Positions 18,337-27,984 are shown, numbered from the stretch's first letter. The stretch is 64,000 bases of DNA from an uncultured Chloroflexia bacterium (GCA_963703345.1 OY969814.1:1696001-1760000); one strand, 5' to 3'. Made by a program: numbers and translations. Notes: a model not told the origin generated them from the letters alone.

Positions 18337-20015
18337 GGCATCTCTCCTCCGTCATCGCTGCCGATAACCCGCGCCCCGAGCTCACGCGCGGCCTGGACGA
18401 GATGTCCGCCGCTGCCGCCGCCTCCGGCCCGAGTGGTAGCGGCCTGCGGGTCGTAGACGCACTTCACCTCGTATGCGGCACCAAGCACCTTCTGGACCGC
18501 CTCGCGCAACGCCTCAAGGTAGGCGCCGCCCTCGCCGGAGTTCATTTTCTCGGCGAGCGGTCCGTGGCGGAAGCTAAACACGACCGTGTTGTCGTCGACG
18601 CCGGTGATAGCGCAGCCGCTGTTGAGCAGAGCGCCCGCCTTGAAGTTGATCTTGCGGGCGAGCTGGTATATCGCCGGCCACTTCTCTCGAAGTGCGGAGA
18701 CTTCGGCGGGCACGGGCACGGGTGGTGGGCCCATCTCGTCGGGCTGGTCGGGACCGTCGCCGGCAGCCTCAGGTCCGGCAGCGACAGAGGGCGAAGCCGG
18801 CGCGGCGCGGCGGCGGGATGGAGCGGCGGGCGCGGGACGTTCATCGCGGGCGGACGCCGACGGGAATGCCGGACGCGCCGGAGCAGCCTCCCGGCGCTCG
18901 ACCGGCGGTGGCGCGGCGACCTTTCGCGCTTCCGCTGCTTCGCGGGCGAGGACGCATTCGGCCAGCGCCATCTCCAACGGCAACGACGACAGCGGGTCGG
19001 CGCGAACGTCAACCTGCCCGAATGCGCGAAGGGCGCGCACGATCTCCTCTTTGCCGACGCCGTCGAGGAGCTTCTTCATCTCCTGCGCCTGCTCTTTCGT
19101 CAGGCTGAGCGTGCTCTCGACGCCGGCGGCCATCAGGAGGAGGCGACGCAGATGGGCGACGACCTCCCGCTGGAACTGACGCAGGTCGAGGCCGTCGTCG
19201 CGGACGGAGCCGATGAGCGCCAGGCCTTCGCCGAGGTTGCCGTGCAAGACCAGGCGCGCCAGGTCGGCGCTGCGGGCGTCGCCGCTGAGGCCGAGGCCGC
19301 TCTGGACCGTCTCGACGCTAAGCTCGCGGCCGTGGTAATCGACCGCCTGCTCCAGCAGATTGATGGCGTCGCGCATGCTGCCGGTGGCGGCGCGCGCTAT
19401 GAGCTCCAGCGCCTCACGCGGGCAGATTATCCCCTCCTGCTCGCAGACGTGAGCCAGGCGGTCGATTGCGGCTTCGAGAGGAACGCGACGGAAGTCGAAC
19501 CGCTGGCAGCGGGAGCCGATGGTCGCCGGTATCTTGTGCGGCTCGGTGGTCGCCAGGACGAAGATGACGTGCGGCGGCGGCTCTTCCAGCGTCTTGAGAA
19601 GGGCGTTGAAGGCGGGCTCGGTGAGCATGTGGGCTTCGTCGATTATGTATACTTTGAAGTCGGCGCTCCCGGGCGCGAAGCCGACTTTCTCGCGCAGGCT
19701 GCGGATCTCGTCGATGCCGCGGTTGCTGGCGGCGTCGAGCTCGACGAGGTCCAGGGCGCGTCCTTCGGAGAAAGCGCGGCAGGAGTCACACTTGTTGCAG
19801 GGCTCGCCTTCCTGCGAGTCGCGGCAGTTGGCGGCCTTGGCGAGAAGGCGGCCGCTGCTGGTCTTGCCGGTGCCACGCGGGCCGCTAAAGAGATAGGCGT
19901 GCGACACCTTGTGCGAGGCGACGGCGTTGCGCAGGGTACGCACTATGGGCTCCTGGCCGGCGACCTCGCTGAAGGTCTGGGGACGGTATTTCCGGTAGAG
20001 GACTTCAGCAGCCAT
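18333..20015 (-). CDS. dnaX: DNA polymerase III subunit gamma/tau
   Basis: LYRKYRPQTF, GPRGTGKTS, ELDAASNRGID, IIDEAHML, SRCQRFDF. Confidence 0.97.
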   Translation of the reverse strand: MAAEVLYRKYRPQTFSEVAGQEPIVRTLRNAVASHKVSHAYLFSGPRGTGKTSSGRLLAKAANCRDSQEGEPCNKCDSCRAFSEGRALDLVELDAASNRGIDEIRSLREKVGFAPGSADFKVYIIDEAHMLTEPAFNALLKTLEEPPPHVIFVLATTEPHKIPATIGSRCQRFDFRRVPLEAAIDRLAHVCEQEGIICPREALELIARAATGSMRDAINLLEQAVDYHGRELSVETVQSGLGLSGDARSADLARLVLHGNLGEGLALIGSVRDDGLDLRQFQREVVAHLRRLLLMAAGVESTLSLTKEQAQEMKKLLDGVGKEEIVRALRAFGQVDVRADPLSSLPLEMALAECVLAREAAEARKVAAPPPVERREAAPARPAFPSASARDERPAPAAPSRRRAAPASPSVAAGPEAAGDGPDQPDEMGPPPVPVPAEVSALREKWPAIYQLARKINFKAGALLNSGCAITGVDDNTVVFSFRHGPLAEKMNSGEGGAYLEALREAVQKVLGAAYEVKCVYDPQAATTRAGGGGSGGHLVQAARELGARVIGSDDGGEMP

Positions 20016-20027
20016 GTGTCAGAGAGA

Positions 20028-20486
20028 TTATATCACCCCCAGACTCGCCAGCAGAGCGCTTTCGCGAGACCGCATGCGGCGTTCTTCGGCTTCGATGGCG
20101 TGGTCGTACCCGAGGAGATGCAGCAGGCCGTGAATCAGGAGTAGCGCCACTTCGCGCTCCAGGGAATGGCCGGCCTGTTTCGCCTGCCGTCGCGCGGTGG
20201 GCAGGGAGATGATGACCTCGCCGAGCCGGGTCGCGCCGCCGGGAGGCAGAGCGAACTCGTCCTTCCCTTCGTTCAGGGCGAAGGAGAGGACGTCGGTGGG
20301 CGCGTCCTCGCCGCGAAATCGACGGTTGAGATCGCGAATGGCGGCGTCGCCGATCACGACGATGCCGACCTCCGCCGGCGCGACGTCCTCGGCGGCGAGG
20401 ACGCGCCCGGCAAGGCCGCGCAGCCGTTCTTCGTCAACGGCGCCCCGAAAGCGTCCGTCGATCCTTACGCCGATCTCGTGCTTCAT
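20028..20486 (-). CDS. ybeY: rRNA maturation RNase YbeY
   Basis: PTDVLSF, LGEVIIS, HGLLHLLGYDH in the C-terminal part of the long ORF; start 20486 or 20504. Confidence 0.93.
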   Translation of the reverse strand: MKHEIGVRIDGRFRGAVDEERLRGLAGRVLAAEDVAPAEVGIVVIGDAAIRDLNRRFRGEDAPTDVLSFALNEGKDEFALPPGGATRLGEVIISLPTARRQAKQAGHSLEREVALLLIHGLLHLLGYDHAIEAEERRMRSRESALLASLGVI

Positions 20487-20612
20487 GCGACGCCTCGCCG
20501 TCATGGTAACACGTCGAGGCGGATGGTCGGAGCGTCCAGTTTGTCGTCGACGGGGCATGGCGGCCTTCGTTGACACAATGTCGCGGCAATCGGGATACTG
20601 GATTTGCTTCTC

Positions 20613-21248
20613 ATGCTGATCGATCTCCACGCTCACACCAATCCCATATCCTGGGACTCCCGCCTTTCGCCCGACGAGCTGGTCGAGCTCTCGAAGGAGG
20701 CGGGACTCGACGGCGTGTGCCTGACGGAGCACGACTACTTCTGGGACGTCGATGAGTGCGCAGCGCTGGCGAAAAAGCACGACTTCCTCGCCCTTCCCGG
20801 CATCGAGGTGAACACGGAGCACGGCCATATGCTCGTCTACGGCCTCACACAGTACCGCTTCGGCATGCATCGCATCGAGCAGTTGGCGGCGATGGTGGAA
20901 GAGGACGGCGGCGTGATGGTGGCGGCGCATCCGTACCGTCGCTACATGCCATGGTACGAGCTCGACGAGGCGGACCTGAAGCGCGGCCTGGAGCGGGCGG
21001 CGGCCAATCCCGCCTACCGGTACTGCGTCGCGCTGGAGACGGTCCACGGCCGGGCGGCGCCGCAGCAGAACGAGTTCTCGGAGAGGCTGCGGCAGACGCT
21101 CCACATGGCGGCGACCGGCGGCAGCGACGCGCATCAGGCGAGTCAGGTGGGGCGCTGCGCCACGCGCTTCGAACGTCAGATATCGTCGCTTGCCGAGCTC
21201 ATCGCGGAGCTAAAGGCGGGACGCTTCGAGCCGGTGGACTATCGCTGA
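20613..21248 (+). CDS. PHP domain metal-dependent phosphoesterase
   Basis: DLHAHT, LTEHD, GIEV..GH, AHPYR, GGSDAH; TTGACA-18-GATACT upstream. Confidence 0.9.
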   Translation: MLIDLHAHTNPISWDSRLSPDELVELSKEAGLDGVCLTEHDYFWDVDECAALAKKHDFLALPGIEVNTEHGHMLVYGLTQYRFGMHRIEQLAAMVEEDGGVMVAAHPYRRYMPWYELDEADLKRGLERAAANPAYRYCVALETVHGRAAPQQNEFSERLRQTLHMAATGGSDAHQASQVGRCATRFERQISSLAELIAELKAGRFEPVDYR

Positions 21249-21278
21249 GACCGACGATGCGCCTGGCTACCGGTCCGT

Positions 21279-21307
21279 TTGACACGAAAACGGGGCTGCG
21301 CTATCGT
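21279..21307 (+). promoter_or_regulatory. Sigma70-type promoter of the MaoC/SDR operon
   Basis: TTGACA-17 bp-TATCGT, then an AAGGAGG RBS. Confidence 0.55.
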
Positions 21308-21366
21308 CTACGTCACCACGTCCAATTTCCAGTCTGCGAGTTTCCAATAAGGAGGTAGGAAAGACC

Positions 21367-21861
21367 GTGACCGAAGAATCGATTCTCACGGACGAAATGC
21401 GTTCTGTCGTAGGAAAAGAGGGGGAGCCCCAGACGATCGAGGTCGACAAGACGGCGATCCGCTGGTTTGCCCGAGCCGTAGGCCACACCGACCTCGTCTT
21501 CTACGACGAGGAGTACGCCAAGAGCAAGGGGCACCGCAGCATCATCGCGCCGCCCGGCTTCCTGGGACACGCTATCCATACGCCGCAGAACCCCACGAAT
21601 ATCGTCGGCAACTCCATCAAGCGTCCACCCGCCATACCGGGGCTGGGCCTCATGCGCCTCCTCAACGGCGGCACGGAGTTCGAGTACTACGGCGAGGACA
21701 TTTGCGGCGGCGACGTGCTGAAGAGCGTCACCAAGATCGCCGATCTGCGCGAGAGGACGGGCGCGCTGGGAAAGATGCTCATTCTCACCACGGAGGCGAA
21801 CCTCTACAACAAAGAAGGCAAGCTCGTCGCGACCGAACGCGGCACCGGCATCATGTACTAG
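21367..21861 (+). CDS. MaoC-like dehydratase, N-terminal/non-catalytic type (HadA-like hotdog)
   Basis: IRWFARAVG, APPGF, LNGGTEFEY, TGALGKM; GTG start after AAGGAGG. Confidence 0.82.
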   Translation: MTEESILTDEMRSVVGKEGEPQTIEVDKTAIRWFARAVGHTDLVFYDEEYAKSKGHRSIIAPPGFLGHAIHTPQNPTNIVGNSIKRPPAIPGLGLMRLLNGGTEFEYYGEDICGGDVLKSVTKIADLRERTGALGKMLILTTEANLYNKEGKLVATERGTGIMY

Positions 21862-21873
21862 GGAGGGCGAAAG

Positions 21874-22305
21874 ATGGCTGATCAGGTCTACTTCGAAGAC
21901 GTCAACGTCGGCGACGAGATACCGCAGCTGGTCAAGAACTGCACGACACAGCAGTTGGTTATGTGGGCCGCCGGTTCCGGCGATATGTACCAGATCCACT
22001 ACGATAAGGACATCGCGGCCGGCAACGGCCTGCCCGGAGTCATCGTCCACGGCGCGCTCAAGAACGCCTTCTTGGGCCAGCTGCTGCACGACTGGCTGGG
22101 CGAAAAGGGAGAGATAAAGAAGTATAGCTGCCAGTATCGGGGCATGGACGTTCCCGGCCAGGACATGATCTGCCGCGGCGTAATCACTGAGAAGTCGCAA
22201 GAGGGCGGCAAGAACATCGTCCAGCTCGATATCTGGACCGAGAAAGAGGGCGGGGAGAAGACCTCGCCGGGGAAAGCCACCGTCTACCTGCCGTCGCGGG
22301 GCTAG
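21874..22305 (+). CDS. MaoC family (R)-specific hydratase/dehydratase, catalytic (HadB-like)
   Basis: FEDVNVGDEIP, hydratase-2 motif SGDMYQIHYD, GLPGVIVHG. Confidence 0.88.
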   Translation: MADQVYFEDVNVGDEIPQLVKNCTTQQLVMWAAGSGDMYQIHYDKDIAAGNGLPGVIVHGALKNAFLGQLLHDWLGEKGEIKKYSCQYRGMDVPGQDMICRGVITEKSQEGGKNIVQLDIWTEKEGGEKTSPGKATVYLPSRG

Positions 22306-22308
22306 CAG

Positions 22309-23286
22309 TTGACGGCAGAGCCCGAAGCAGATAGCGCTACGAAGTCCGCCGGCCGGTCGCTGGAGGGGGAGGTTGCTGTCGTGACCGGCGCCGGCCGCGG
22401 CATCGGTCGGTGCGTCGCGCTGTTTTTCGCCGATCAGGGAGCGCGCGTAGTCGTCAACGACGCCGGCGTCGCCCCCGACGGCAGCGGCCAGGACGCGGCG
22501 CCCGCGAACCAGGTAGTCGCCGAGATCGTCGCGAAGGGTGGCGAGGCGGTCGCTAACCACGACTCCGTCGCGAGCATGGAGGGCGGCGCCCGCATCGTCG
22601 ACGCCGCCCTTGACGCGTGGGGCCGCATCGATGTCCTCTTCAACAACGCCGGCATCCTCCGCGACCGCATGTTCATCAAGATGAGCGAGGCGGACTGGGA
22701 CGCGGTGATGGCCGTCCACCTCAAGGGGACATTCGCCTGCACGAAGGCTGCGGCGCCCCACATGCAGAAACAGCGCTGCGGCCGGATTATCAACGCCTCA
22801 TCCTCCTCCGGGCTTATGGGCAACGCCGCCCAGGCGAACTACGGCGCCGCGAAGACAGCTATTGCCGGCCTAACGCGGGCGCTGGCGAAGGAGCTTGGCC
22901 GCTACGGCATAACCTGCAACGCAATCGCGCCGATGGCAGCGACGCGTCTCACCGTAGGCATGGGCGAAATGGCGGCCAAATACGGCCTGGTGATACCGGA
23001 GCCGGACTACGTTGCGCCGCTCATCGCCTACCTTGCCAGCGACGCTGCCTGGAACGTCAACGGGCAGATATTCTACGTCTTCGGCGGCAGCGTTTGCCTG
23101 GCGCAACCGCCGGTGCCAAGACGAACGATCTTCAAGGAAGGTGGCTGGGATGTGGACGGGCTAATCGAAGCGGTGCCAAACCAGCTCCTGCAGTTTGTCG
23201 AGAATCCGGGGCCGCCAGCGGAGCACCTGAAACCGGCGTTCGCGCAAGCAGCGGCGCCCGCGGCCTCTGTTCAAGAAGCGGAGTGA
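22309..23286 (+). CDS. SDR oxidoreductase (MFE-2/HSD17B4-like 3-hydroxyacyl-CoA dehydrogenase type)
   Basis: TGAGRGIG, VVVNDAG, NNAGILRD, QANYGAAK with intact YxxxK. Confidence 0.9.
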   Translation: MTAEPEADSATKSAGRSLEGEVAVVTGAGRGIGRCVALFFADQGARVVVNDAGVAPDGSGQDAAPANQVVAEIVAKGGEAVANHDSVASMEGGARIVDAALDAWGRIDVLFNNAGILRDRMFIKMSEADWDAVMAVHLKGTFACTKAAAPHMQKQRCGRIINASSSSGLMGNAAQANYGAAKTAIAGLTRALAKELGRYGITCNAIAPMAATRLTVGMGEMAAKYGLVIPEPDYVAPLIAYLASDAAWNVNGQIFYVFGGSVCLAQPPVPRRTIFKEGGWDVDGLIEAVPNQLLQFVENPGPPAEHLKPAFAQAAAPAASVQEAE

Positions 23287-23295
23287 AGTTGCGCC

Positions 23296-24207
23296 GTGTC
23301 GAATAGGCTGAAGGAACGGGTCGCGGCCGTGACCGGCGCCGGCAGAGGGATCGGCCGGGCGGTGGCGCTGGCGCTGGCGGCGGAGGGCGCGACGATCGTG
23401 GTGAACGACCTCGGCGTCGCCGTCGACGGCAGCGGTCCGAGCGGCGGGCCCGCCCAAGCTGTCGCGGACGAGATCGTCGCGGCGGGCGGGAAGGCAATCG
23501 CTCACTCCGGCACTGTCGCGACCGTTGAGGGCGGCGAGAGCATCGTCAAAGCGGCTGTCGATAGCTTCGGACGCCTGGACATCCTCGTCAACGCGGCGAG
23601 CATCCTCCGCGGCCGCGACTTCCTGCAGATGACGGAGGAGGAGTGGGACGCCGTCATTGCCGTCAACCTGAAGGGCCACTACTGCACCTGCCATCCCGCC
23701 GCCATCCAGATGCGACACCAGCGCTACGGCCGGATCATCAACTTCACGTCGCCGTCAGCGCTACTAGGAGCGTACGGGCAGGCGAACTTCGTCGCGGCGA
23801 AGGCGGGCGTCCTCGGCCTGACGCGCGTCATGGCGAGAGACCTGGGACGGAACGCCGTCACTGTCAACGCCGTCGCGCCGATGGCGGAGACGCGGCTGAC
23901 GGAGAGCCTTGCGAAGGCGGCTGCGGCCTCCGGCAAGCAGCTTCGACTAGGCACGGCCGACCAGGTGGCCGCGATGGTCACCTACCTGGCGACGGAGGAG
24001 GCCTGGAACGTCAACGGCAAGGTCTTCTACGTCTCCGGCGGAGGCATCTCGCTGGCGTACGAGGAGGAGATGGGCCGCATCATCACGAAGGACGGGATGT
24101 GGACGGTGGAGGAGCTTGCGGCCGCGTTGCCACGAGGCCTGCTTGAAGGGGTCGCGAACCCGTCGCCACCGCCGGCAGACCTTCCGATTCCCGGCCGAAC
24201 GACGTAG
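23296..24207 (+). CDS. SDR paralog with catalytic Tyr replaced by Phe
   Basis: TGAGRGIG, VVNDLG, NAASIL in place of NNAGIL, QANFVAAK. Confidence 0.88.
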   Translation: MSNRLKERVAAVTGAGRGIGRAVALALAAEGATIVVNDLGVAVDGSGPSGGPAQAVADEIVAAGGKAIAHSGTVATVEGGESIVKAAVDSFGRLDILVNAASILRGRDFLQMTEEEWDAVIAVNLKGHYCTCHPAAIQMRHQRYGRIINFTSPSALLGAYGQANFVAAKAGVLGLTRVMARDLGRNAVTVNAVAPMAETRLTESLAKAAAASGKQLRLGTADQVAAMVTYLATEEAWNVNGKVFYVSGGGISLAYEEEMGRIITKDGMWTVEELAAALPRGLLEGVANPSPPPADLPIPGRTT

Positions 24208-24214
24208 ACCGTCC

Positions 24215-24239
24215 CGGGCAAGATGCCCGCTCTACGCGG
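24215..24239. repeat. GTAG-type REP-like hairpin
   Basis: cgggcaagatgcccgctctacgcgg (reverse complement contains GTAGAGCGGGCATCTTGCCCG); homolog at 47586. Confidence 0.65.
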
Positions 24240-24258
24240 TTAGAGGCGGGGGCCTGCT

Positions 24259-24810
24259 CTACGCGGAGGGCTGCGCTTCCCAGGCGGTGCGGCGCAACTC
24301 CATCAGGACGAACATGCCGTTGCTGCGGCGGGATGTGTTGTACTGCTCGAAGCCGCCCTTGCGGAAGCAATGCTGCGCCCGCACGTTCCAATCGAGCGTC
24401 TTCAAGTAGAGCCGCGTCAGCTTCGTGTTGGTGAAGATGTAGCGGACGAGGGTCTGCAGCGCGTCGGTGCCGTAGCCGTGGCTCCAGTAACGCCTGTCGC
24501 CGATGGTTATGCCGATCTCCGCCTCGCCCTTCAGCACGTCGATGTTGTAGAACATGACGTTGCCGATATGGCGCCCCTCCATGTCCTCGACGGCGAAGGT
24601 ACGACGGAACGGCGTCGGCTGGGCTAGATCGTCGTCGTAAAGCGCCAGGTAGTCTTCGAAGGCGGTCGTAATCGGACGAGCGGCGTCGTAGATGGCGAGC
24701 TCGGCGTCCTTGCGCCAGGCATAGTCGGCTTCGGCGTCGCGGCGTCGCTTGATCCTGAGGACGACCTTCTCGCCGCAGGCGATCTCGCCTTCCACCGACG
24801 TCCTGGTCAC
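24259..24810 (-). CDS. GNAT N-acetyltransferase, RimJ/RimL family
   Basis: HIGNV, AEIGITIGD, YWSHGYGT, NVRAQHCFRKGGF. Confidence 0.88.
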   Translation of the reverse strand: MTRTSVEGEIACGEKVVLRIKRRRDAEADYAWRKDAELAIYDAARPITTAFEDYLALYDDDLAQPTPFRRTFAVEDMEGRHIGNVMFYNIDVLKGEAEIGITIGDRRYWSHGYGTDALQTLVRYIFTNTKLTRLYLKTLDWNVRAQHCFRKGGFEQYNTSRRSNGMFVLMELRRTAWEAQPSA

Positions 24811-25280
24811 GGCTTCGCCTCCGTTCTCGCGGCGCGTCGCGTCACCATGTCGGCGGCCTTCCGGACGATCTCCACCTCGTTGGGATAGGTGAGCAAACGG
24901 CAGGCCTCTTCGAGCTCGAACCAGCCGACGCTGTCGTATTCGGCATCGTGGTCGTCGAGGCTGCCGCCTACGGGAACGAACAGGTAGTGGTGGACCGTCT
25001 TGTGGTAGCGGACGCCTTTTTCTTTTCGGACGAACCAGTAGCGAATGGAGCCGATCTTCTCTTCAGGCACGACCTCCAGGCCCGTCTCCTCGCACACCTC
25101 CCGCGTGGCGGCCGCGACAAGGTCCTCGCCGGGCTCGGGCGTGCCCTTGGGCAGCCCCCAGATGCCTTCGCTGGTGCGGCCGACGATGACGATCTCCGTG
25201 CCGCGCTCGCCGAGCCGGTAGACGACGCCGCCGGCAGAGGTCGCGGACTCCGTTCGCAGGCCGATTCTTTCGCCGGTCAA
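24807..25280 (-). CDS. NUDIX hydrolase
   Basis: SAGGVV and Nudix box WGLPKGTPEPGEDLVAAATREVCEETG; TTG start assumed. Confidence 0.88.
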   Translation of the reverse strand: MTGERIGLRTESATSAGGVVYRLGERGTEIVIVGRTSEGIWGLPKGTPEPGEDLVAAATREVCEETGLEVVPEEKIGSIRYWFVRKEKGVRYHKTVHHYLFVPVGGSLDDHDAEYDSVGWFELEEACRLLTYPNEVEIVRKAADMVTRRAARTEAKP

Positions 25281-25281
25281 G

Positions 25282-26214
25282 CTATCTGCCTTTCTTCGGG
25301 AGGTTGAATCCCAGCGGGTCTTCGTTGAAGTCCATCTCCTCCAGCGCCTCGGCAACCGCCTCGCGGACGCGCACTTCCGGATGGTGGTTCATCTCTTCGA
25401 GCGCCTTTCGCGCCTCTTCGCCGCCGATCTCGCCCAAAGCGGCTATCGCGGCCTCTTGCACCTCGGCGTCCTCGTCTTCGAGCAGCGGCTTGAGGTGAGG
25501 GACGGCGGATTCATCGCAGCAGGAGGCGCAGGCGGTCGCCGCCTCGAAGCGCATCTCCGGCGAGTCGCTGGCGAGCTCCGAGGTGAGCAGGGAGAACCAG
25601 CGCGGATCGCAGTTGCGGCCCATGGCGTGGACGGCGCTGACACGGAGGCGCCAGTTCTTGCTCCGATAAGCGTTCTCGATGCTGTCGCGGACCCAGGGCG
25701 CGCTAAGGGCGCCGGTCGATTCCATGGCACGGCCGCGCACCTCCGGCGACTCGTTCGGGTCGTCGATGGCGGAGCGGAGCGCTTCTTCGATGCGGTGGCT
25801 GTCGGCGATATGCAACCTCCGGAACTCGGCGCGGAGAACGAAGGAGCCCAGCGCTGTCGCCGCCTGTGCACGAACGGACGCGGAAGGGTCCGACTTCAAT
25901 ATCTCGATGAGCGGCGCGATGATGTCGCGGCCCTCGTGCTCCCACAGGCCCTGGACGGCCAGGGCGCGCACGTCGGCGTCCTCGTCCTTCAGCGCCGTCA
26001 TGGATATGCGGTCGAAGTCCATCTCTACATTGTCTTCGGCCAGTTCGAGGAGACGCCGTAGCAGTTGGCGACGGCGGGCGACTTCGACTTGCGGCCATAC
26101 GCCGGAGAAGGTCTCCGCCTCCTCGGGCGAAAGCGATGAGAGCTCGCTGAGGCGCGACGCAAGAAGCGGCCGCGACGGGTCTTTCAGTTCTTCCAAGTAG
26201 TCTTGGAGCGCCAT
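25282..26214 (-). CDS. HEAT-repeat protein
   Basis: Repeated D..VR..A..ALG motifs; TTGACA-18-TAGACT upstream. Confidence 0.88.
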   Translation of the reverse strand: MALQDYLEELKDPSRPLLASRLSELSSLSPEEAETFSGVWPQVEVARRRQLLRRLLELAEDNVEMDFDRISMTALKDEDADVRALAVQGLWEHEGRDIIAPLIEILKSDPSASVRAQAATALGSFVLRAEFRRLHIADSHRIEEALRSAIDDPNESPEVRGRAMESTGALSAPWVRDSIENAYRSKNWRLRVSAVHAMGRNCDPRWFSLLTSELASDSPEMRFEAATACASCCDESAVPHLKPLLEDEDAEVQEAAIAALGEIGGEEARKALEEMNHHPEVRVREAVAEALEEMDFNEDPLGFNLPKKGR

Positions 26215-26323
26215 CTTCCGTGCCCCTCGAATTCAGTCTAGGCGCGGCCGAAAGCGCTTGTCAACGCGTCCTGAAGGGCCTTTCGCCCGCGTATTTCGAC
26301 GAGGGAGAACTGGCCATCAGCAG

Positions 26324-27349
26324 TTATGTCGAGTGGGCTGTCGGAACGTCGTGGAGCTCATGCCGGGGGCTGCGACCCATCAGCTCGGCGGCTGCGCGGC
26401 GCGGCTCCAGCCCCTCGAAGAGCACCTGGTACGTCTTCTCGGCGATCGGCATCTCGACACCGTGGCGGCGCGCCAGCTCGAGCGCTGCGACAGTCGTCGT
26501 CACGCCCTCAGCGACGCCTCCCAGCGACGTCAGAATGTCGTCGAGGCTGCGCCCCTTCGCCAGCTCCACGCCGAGGCGATGGTTGCGGCTGAGCGGGCTG
26601 TAGCAGGTGGCAACGAGGTCGCCGACACCGGCTAGTCCGAGGAACGTGAGCGGCTGAGCGCCCGCCGCCACGCCGAGTCGCGCGATCTCGGCCAGCCCGC
26701 GCGTCACGAAGCCGGCCCGGGCGTTGTCGCCGAGGCCAAAGCCGTCGCAGATGCCGGCGCCGATGGCGATGATGTTCTTGAGGGCGCCCGCCAACTCCAC
26801 GCCGGCCACGTCATCGTTCGTGTAGACGCGGAGCTGTGCGCTCATCAGCATCTCGCGCGCCCTCTCGGCCAGCGACAGGTCTTCGCAGGCGATGATCGTC
26901 GCCGCGGGCAGGCCCTGCGCTATCTCGCGCGAGAGGTTGGGGCCAGAGAGGACGCACAGGGGCTGGGCCATCTCCGTCAGCTCTTCCCGAAAGACCTGCG
27001 ACATGCGCTTGGCGGTGTCGCGCTCCAGCCCCTTGACGGCGCTGAGGACGAGCGTCAACGGATCGAGATGCGGGCGCAGATTGCGTAGGTTCTCCCGCAG
27101 CGTCGACGACGGCACGGCAACGACCAGCAGAGTCGCGCTTTCCAGCGTGTCGGCGGGCGCGTCCGTCACCTTGAGCGACGGCGGAAGGCGCAGGCCGGGC
27201 TGGAGGCGAACGTTCTCGCCGTCACGACGCAGGGCGGACGCCTCTGCCTCATCGAAGGCGGAGAGGCGCACGGGGAGGCCGTTGCGCGCCAACAGAACTG
27301 CCAGCACGGTGCCCCAGCTTGTCGCGCCGACGACCGCCGCTCTCTCCAT
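26324..27349 (-). CDS. gpsA: NAD(P)H-dependent glycerol-3-phosphate dehydrogenase
   Basis: GATSWG, LSGPNLS, GALKNIIAI, GLAGVGDLVATC, SRN, AEGV; start overlaps the plsY stop. Confidence 0.95.
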   Translation of the reverse strand: MERAAVVGATSWGTVLAVLLARNGLPVRLSAFDEAEASALRRDGENVRLQPGLRLPPSLKVTDAPADTLESATLLVVAVPSSTLRENLRNLRPHLDPLTLVLSAVKGLERDTAKRMSQVFREELTEMAQPLCVLSGPNLSREIAQGLPAATIIACEDLSLAERAREMLMSAQLRVYTNDDVAGVELAGALKNIIAIGAGICDGFGLGDNARAGFVTRGLAEIARLGVAAGAQPLTFLGLAGVGDLVATCYSPLSRNHRLGVELAKGRSLDDILTSLGGVAEGVTTTVAALELARRHGVEMPIAEKTYQVLFEGLEPRRAAAELMGRSPRHELHDVPTAHST

Positions 27350-27984
27350 CAGCTCCATCCCGTCTGCTGCATGACGTGCTCTTTCTGGCCGATCTTGCGC
27401 TCCGTGCCGGACAGGAGGCGCCGGATGTTGTCGTGATGAAGCGCGACTATCAGCACCGCAGCGGCGAAGGCGAAGGCGGCGTAGGCGAAGGGCAGCACTC
27501 CGACGAGGGCGAGTGCCAAAAAGACGACGGCGGCTATCGGCGCCATGGAGACGGACATGAGCGAGACGTAGCGCGTCGTGCCGACGATGATGAGCGCGAC
27601 CGGCAGGAGCGCCAGCGCGACGAGTGGGTTCATGCCGAGAAGCGAGCCGTAGGCAGCGGAGACGCCCCGTCCGCCGCGGAAGCCCAGCCAGACGGGCCAG
27701 ACGTGGCCGACAAGGACGCCCAGGCCTGCAAACGCCTGCGGCCAAGCATCGTCGGAGAGGGCGCGGGCGATGGAGACGGCGGCGGCGGCTTTGCCCAAGT
27801 CGATGACGAGCACGGCGATCACGGCCCAGAGGCTGAGAGTGCGCAGCGCGTTCGTCGCGCCGGTCTTGCCGCTTCCGTAGTCGCGGACGTCGATCCTGCG
27901 CGTCAGCTTGCCCATCACGTAGCCGCCCGGGACGGCGCCCAGCAGGTAACCGATGACGGCGGCGACGGCGATCTGCCAGAGCAT
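27349..27984 (-). CDS. plsY: Glycerol-3-phosphate acyltransferase PlsY
   Basis: YLLGAVP, GSGKTGATN, GHVWPVWLGFRGGRGV, HHDNIRRL..GTE. Confidence 0.95.
   Translation of the reverse strand: MLWQIAVAAVIGYLLGAVPGGYVMGKLTRRIDVRDYGSGKTGATNALRTLSLWAVIAVLVIDLGKAAAAVSIARALSDDAWPQAFAGLGVLVGHVWPVWLGFRGGRGVSAAYGSLLGMNPLVALALLPVALIIVGTTRYVSLMSVSMAPIAAVVFLALALVGVLPFAYAAFAFAAAVLIVALHHDNIRRLLSGTERKIGQKEHVMQQTGWS

Noticed and set aside
20487-21134. Apparent long N-terminal extension on YbeY (similarly on TatD, GpsA, SdhB, SdhD, TlyA, fumarase beta)
   Set aside because: The extensions overlap other real genes, and better internal starts exist.
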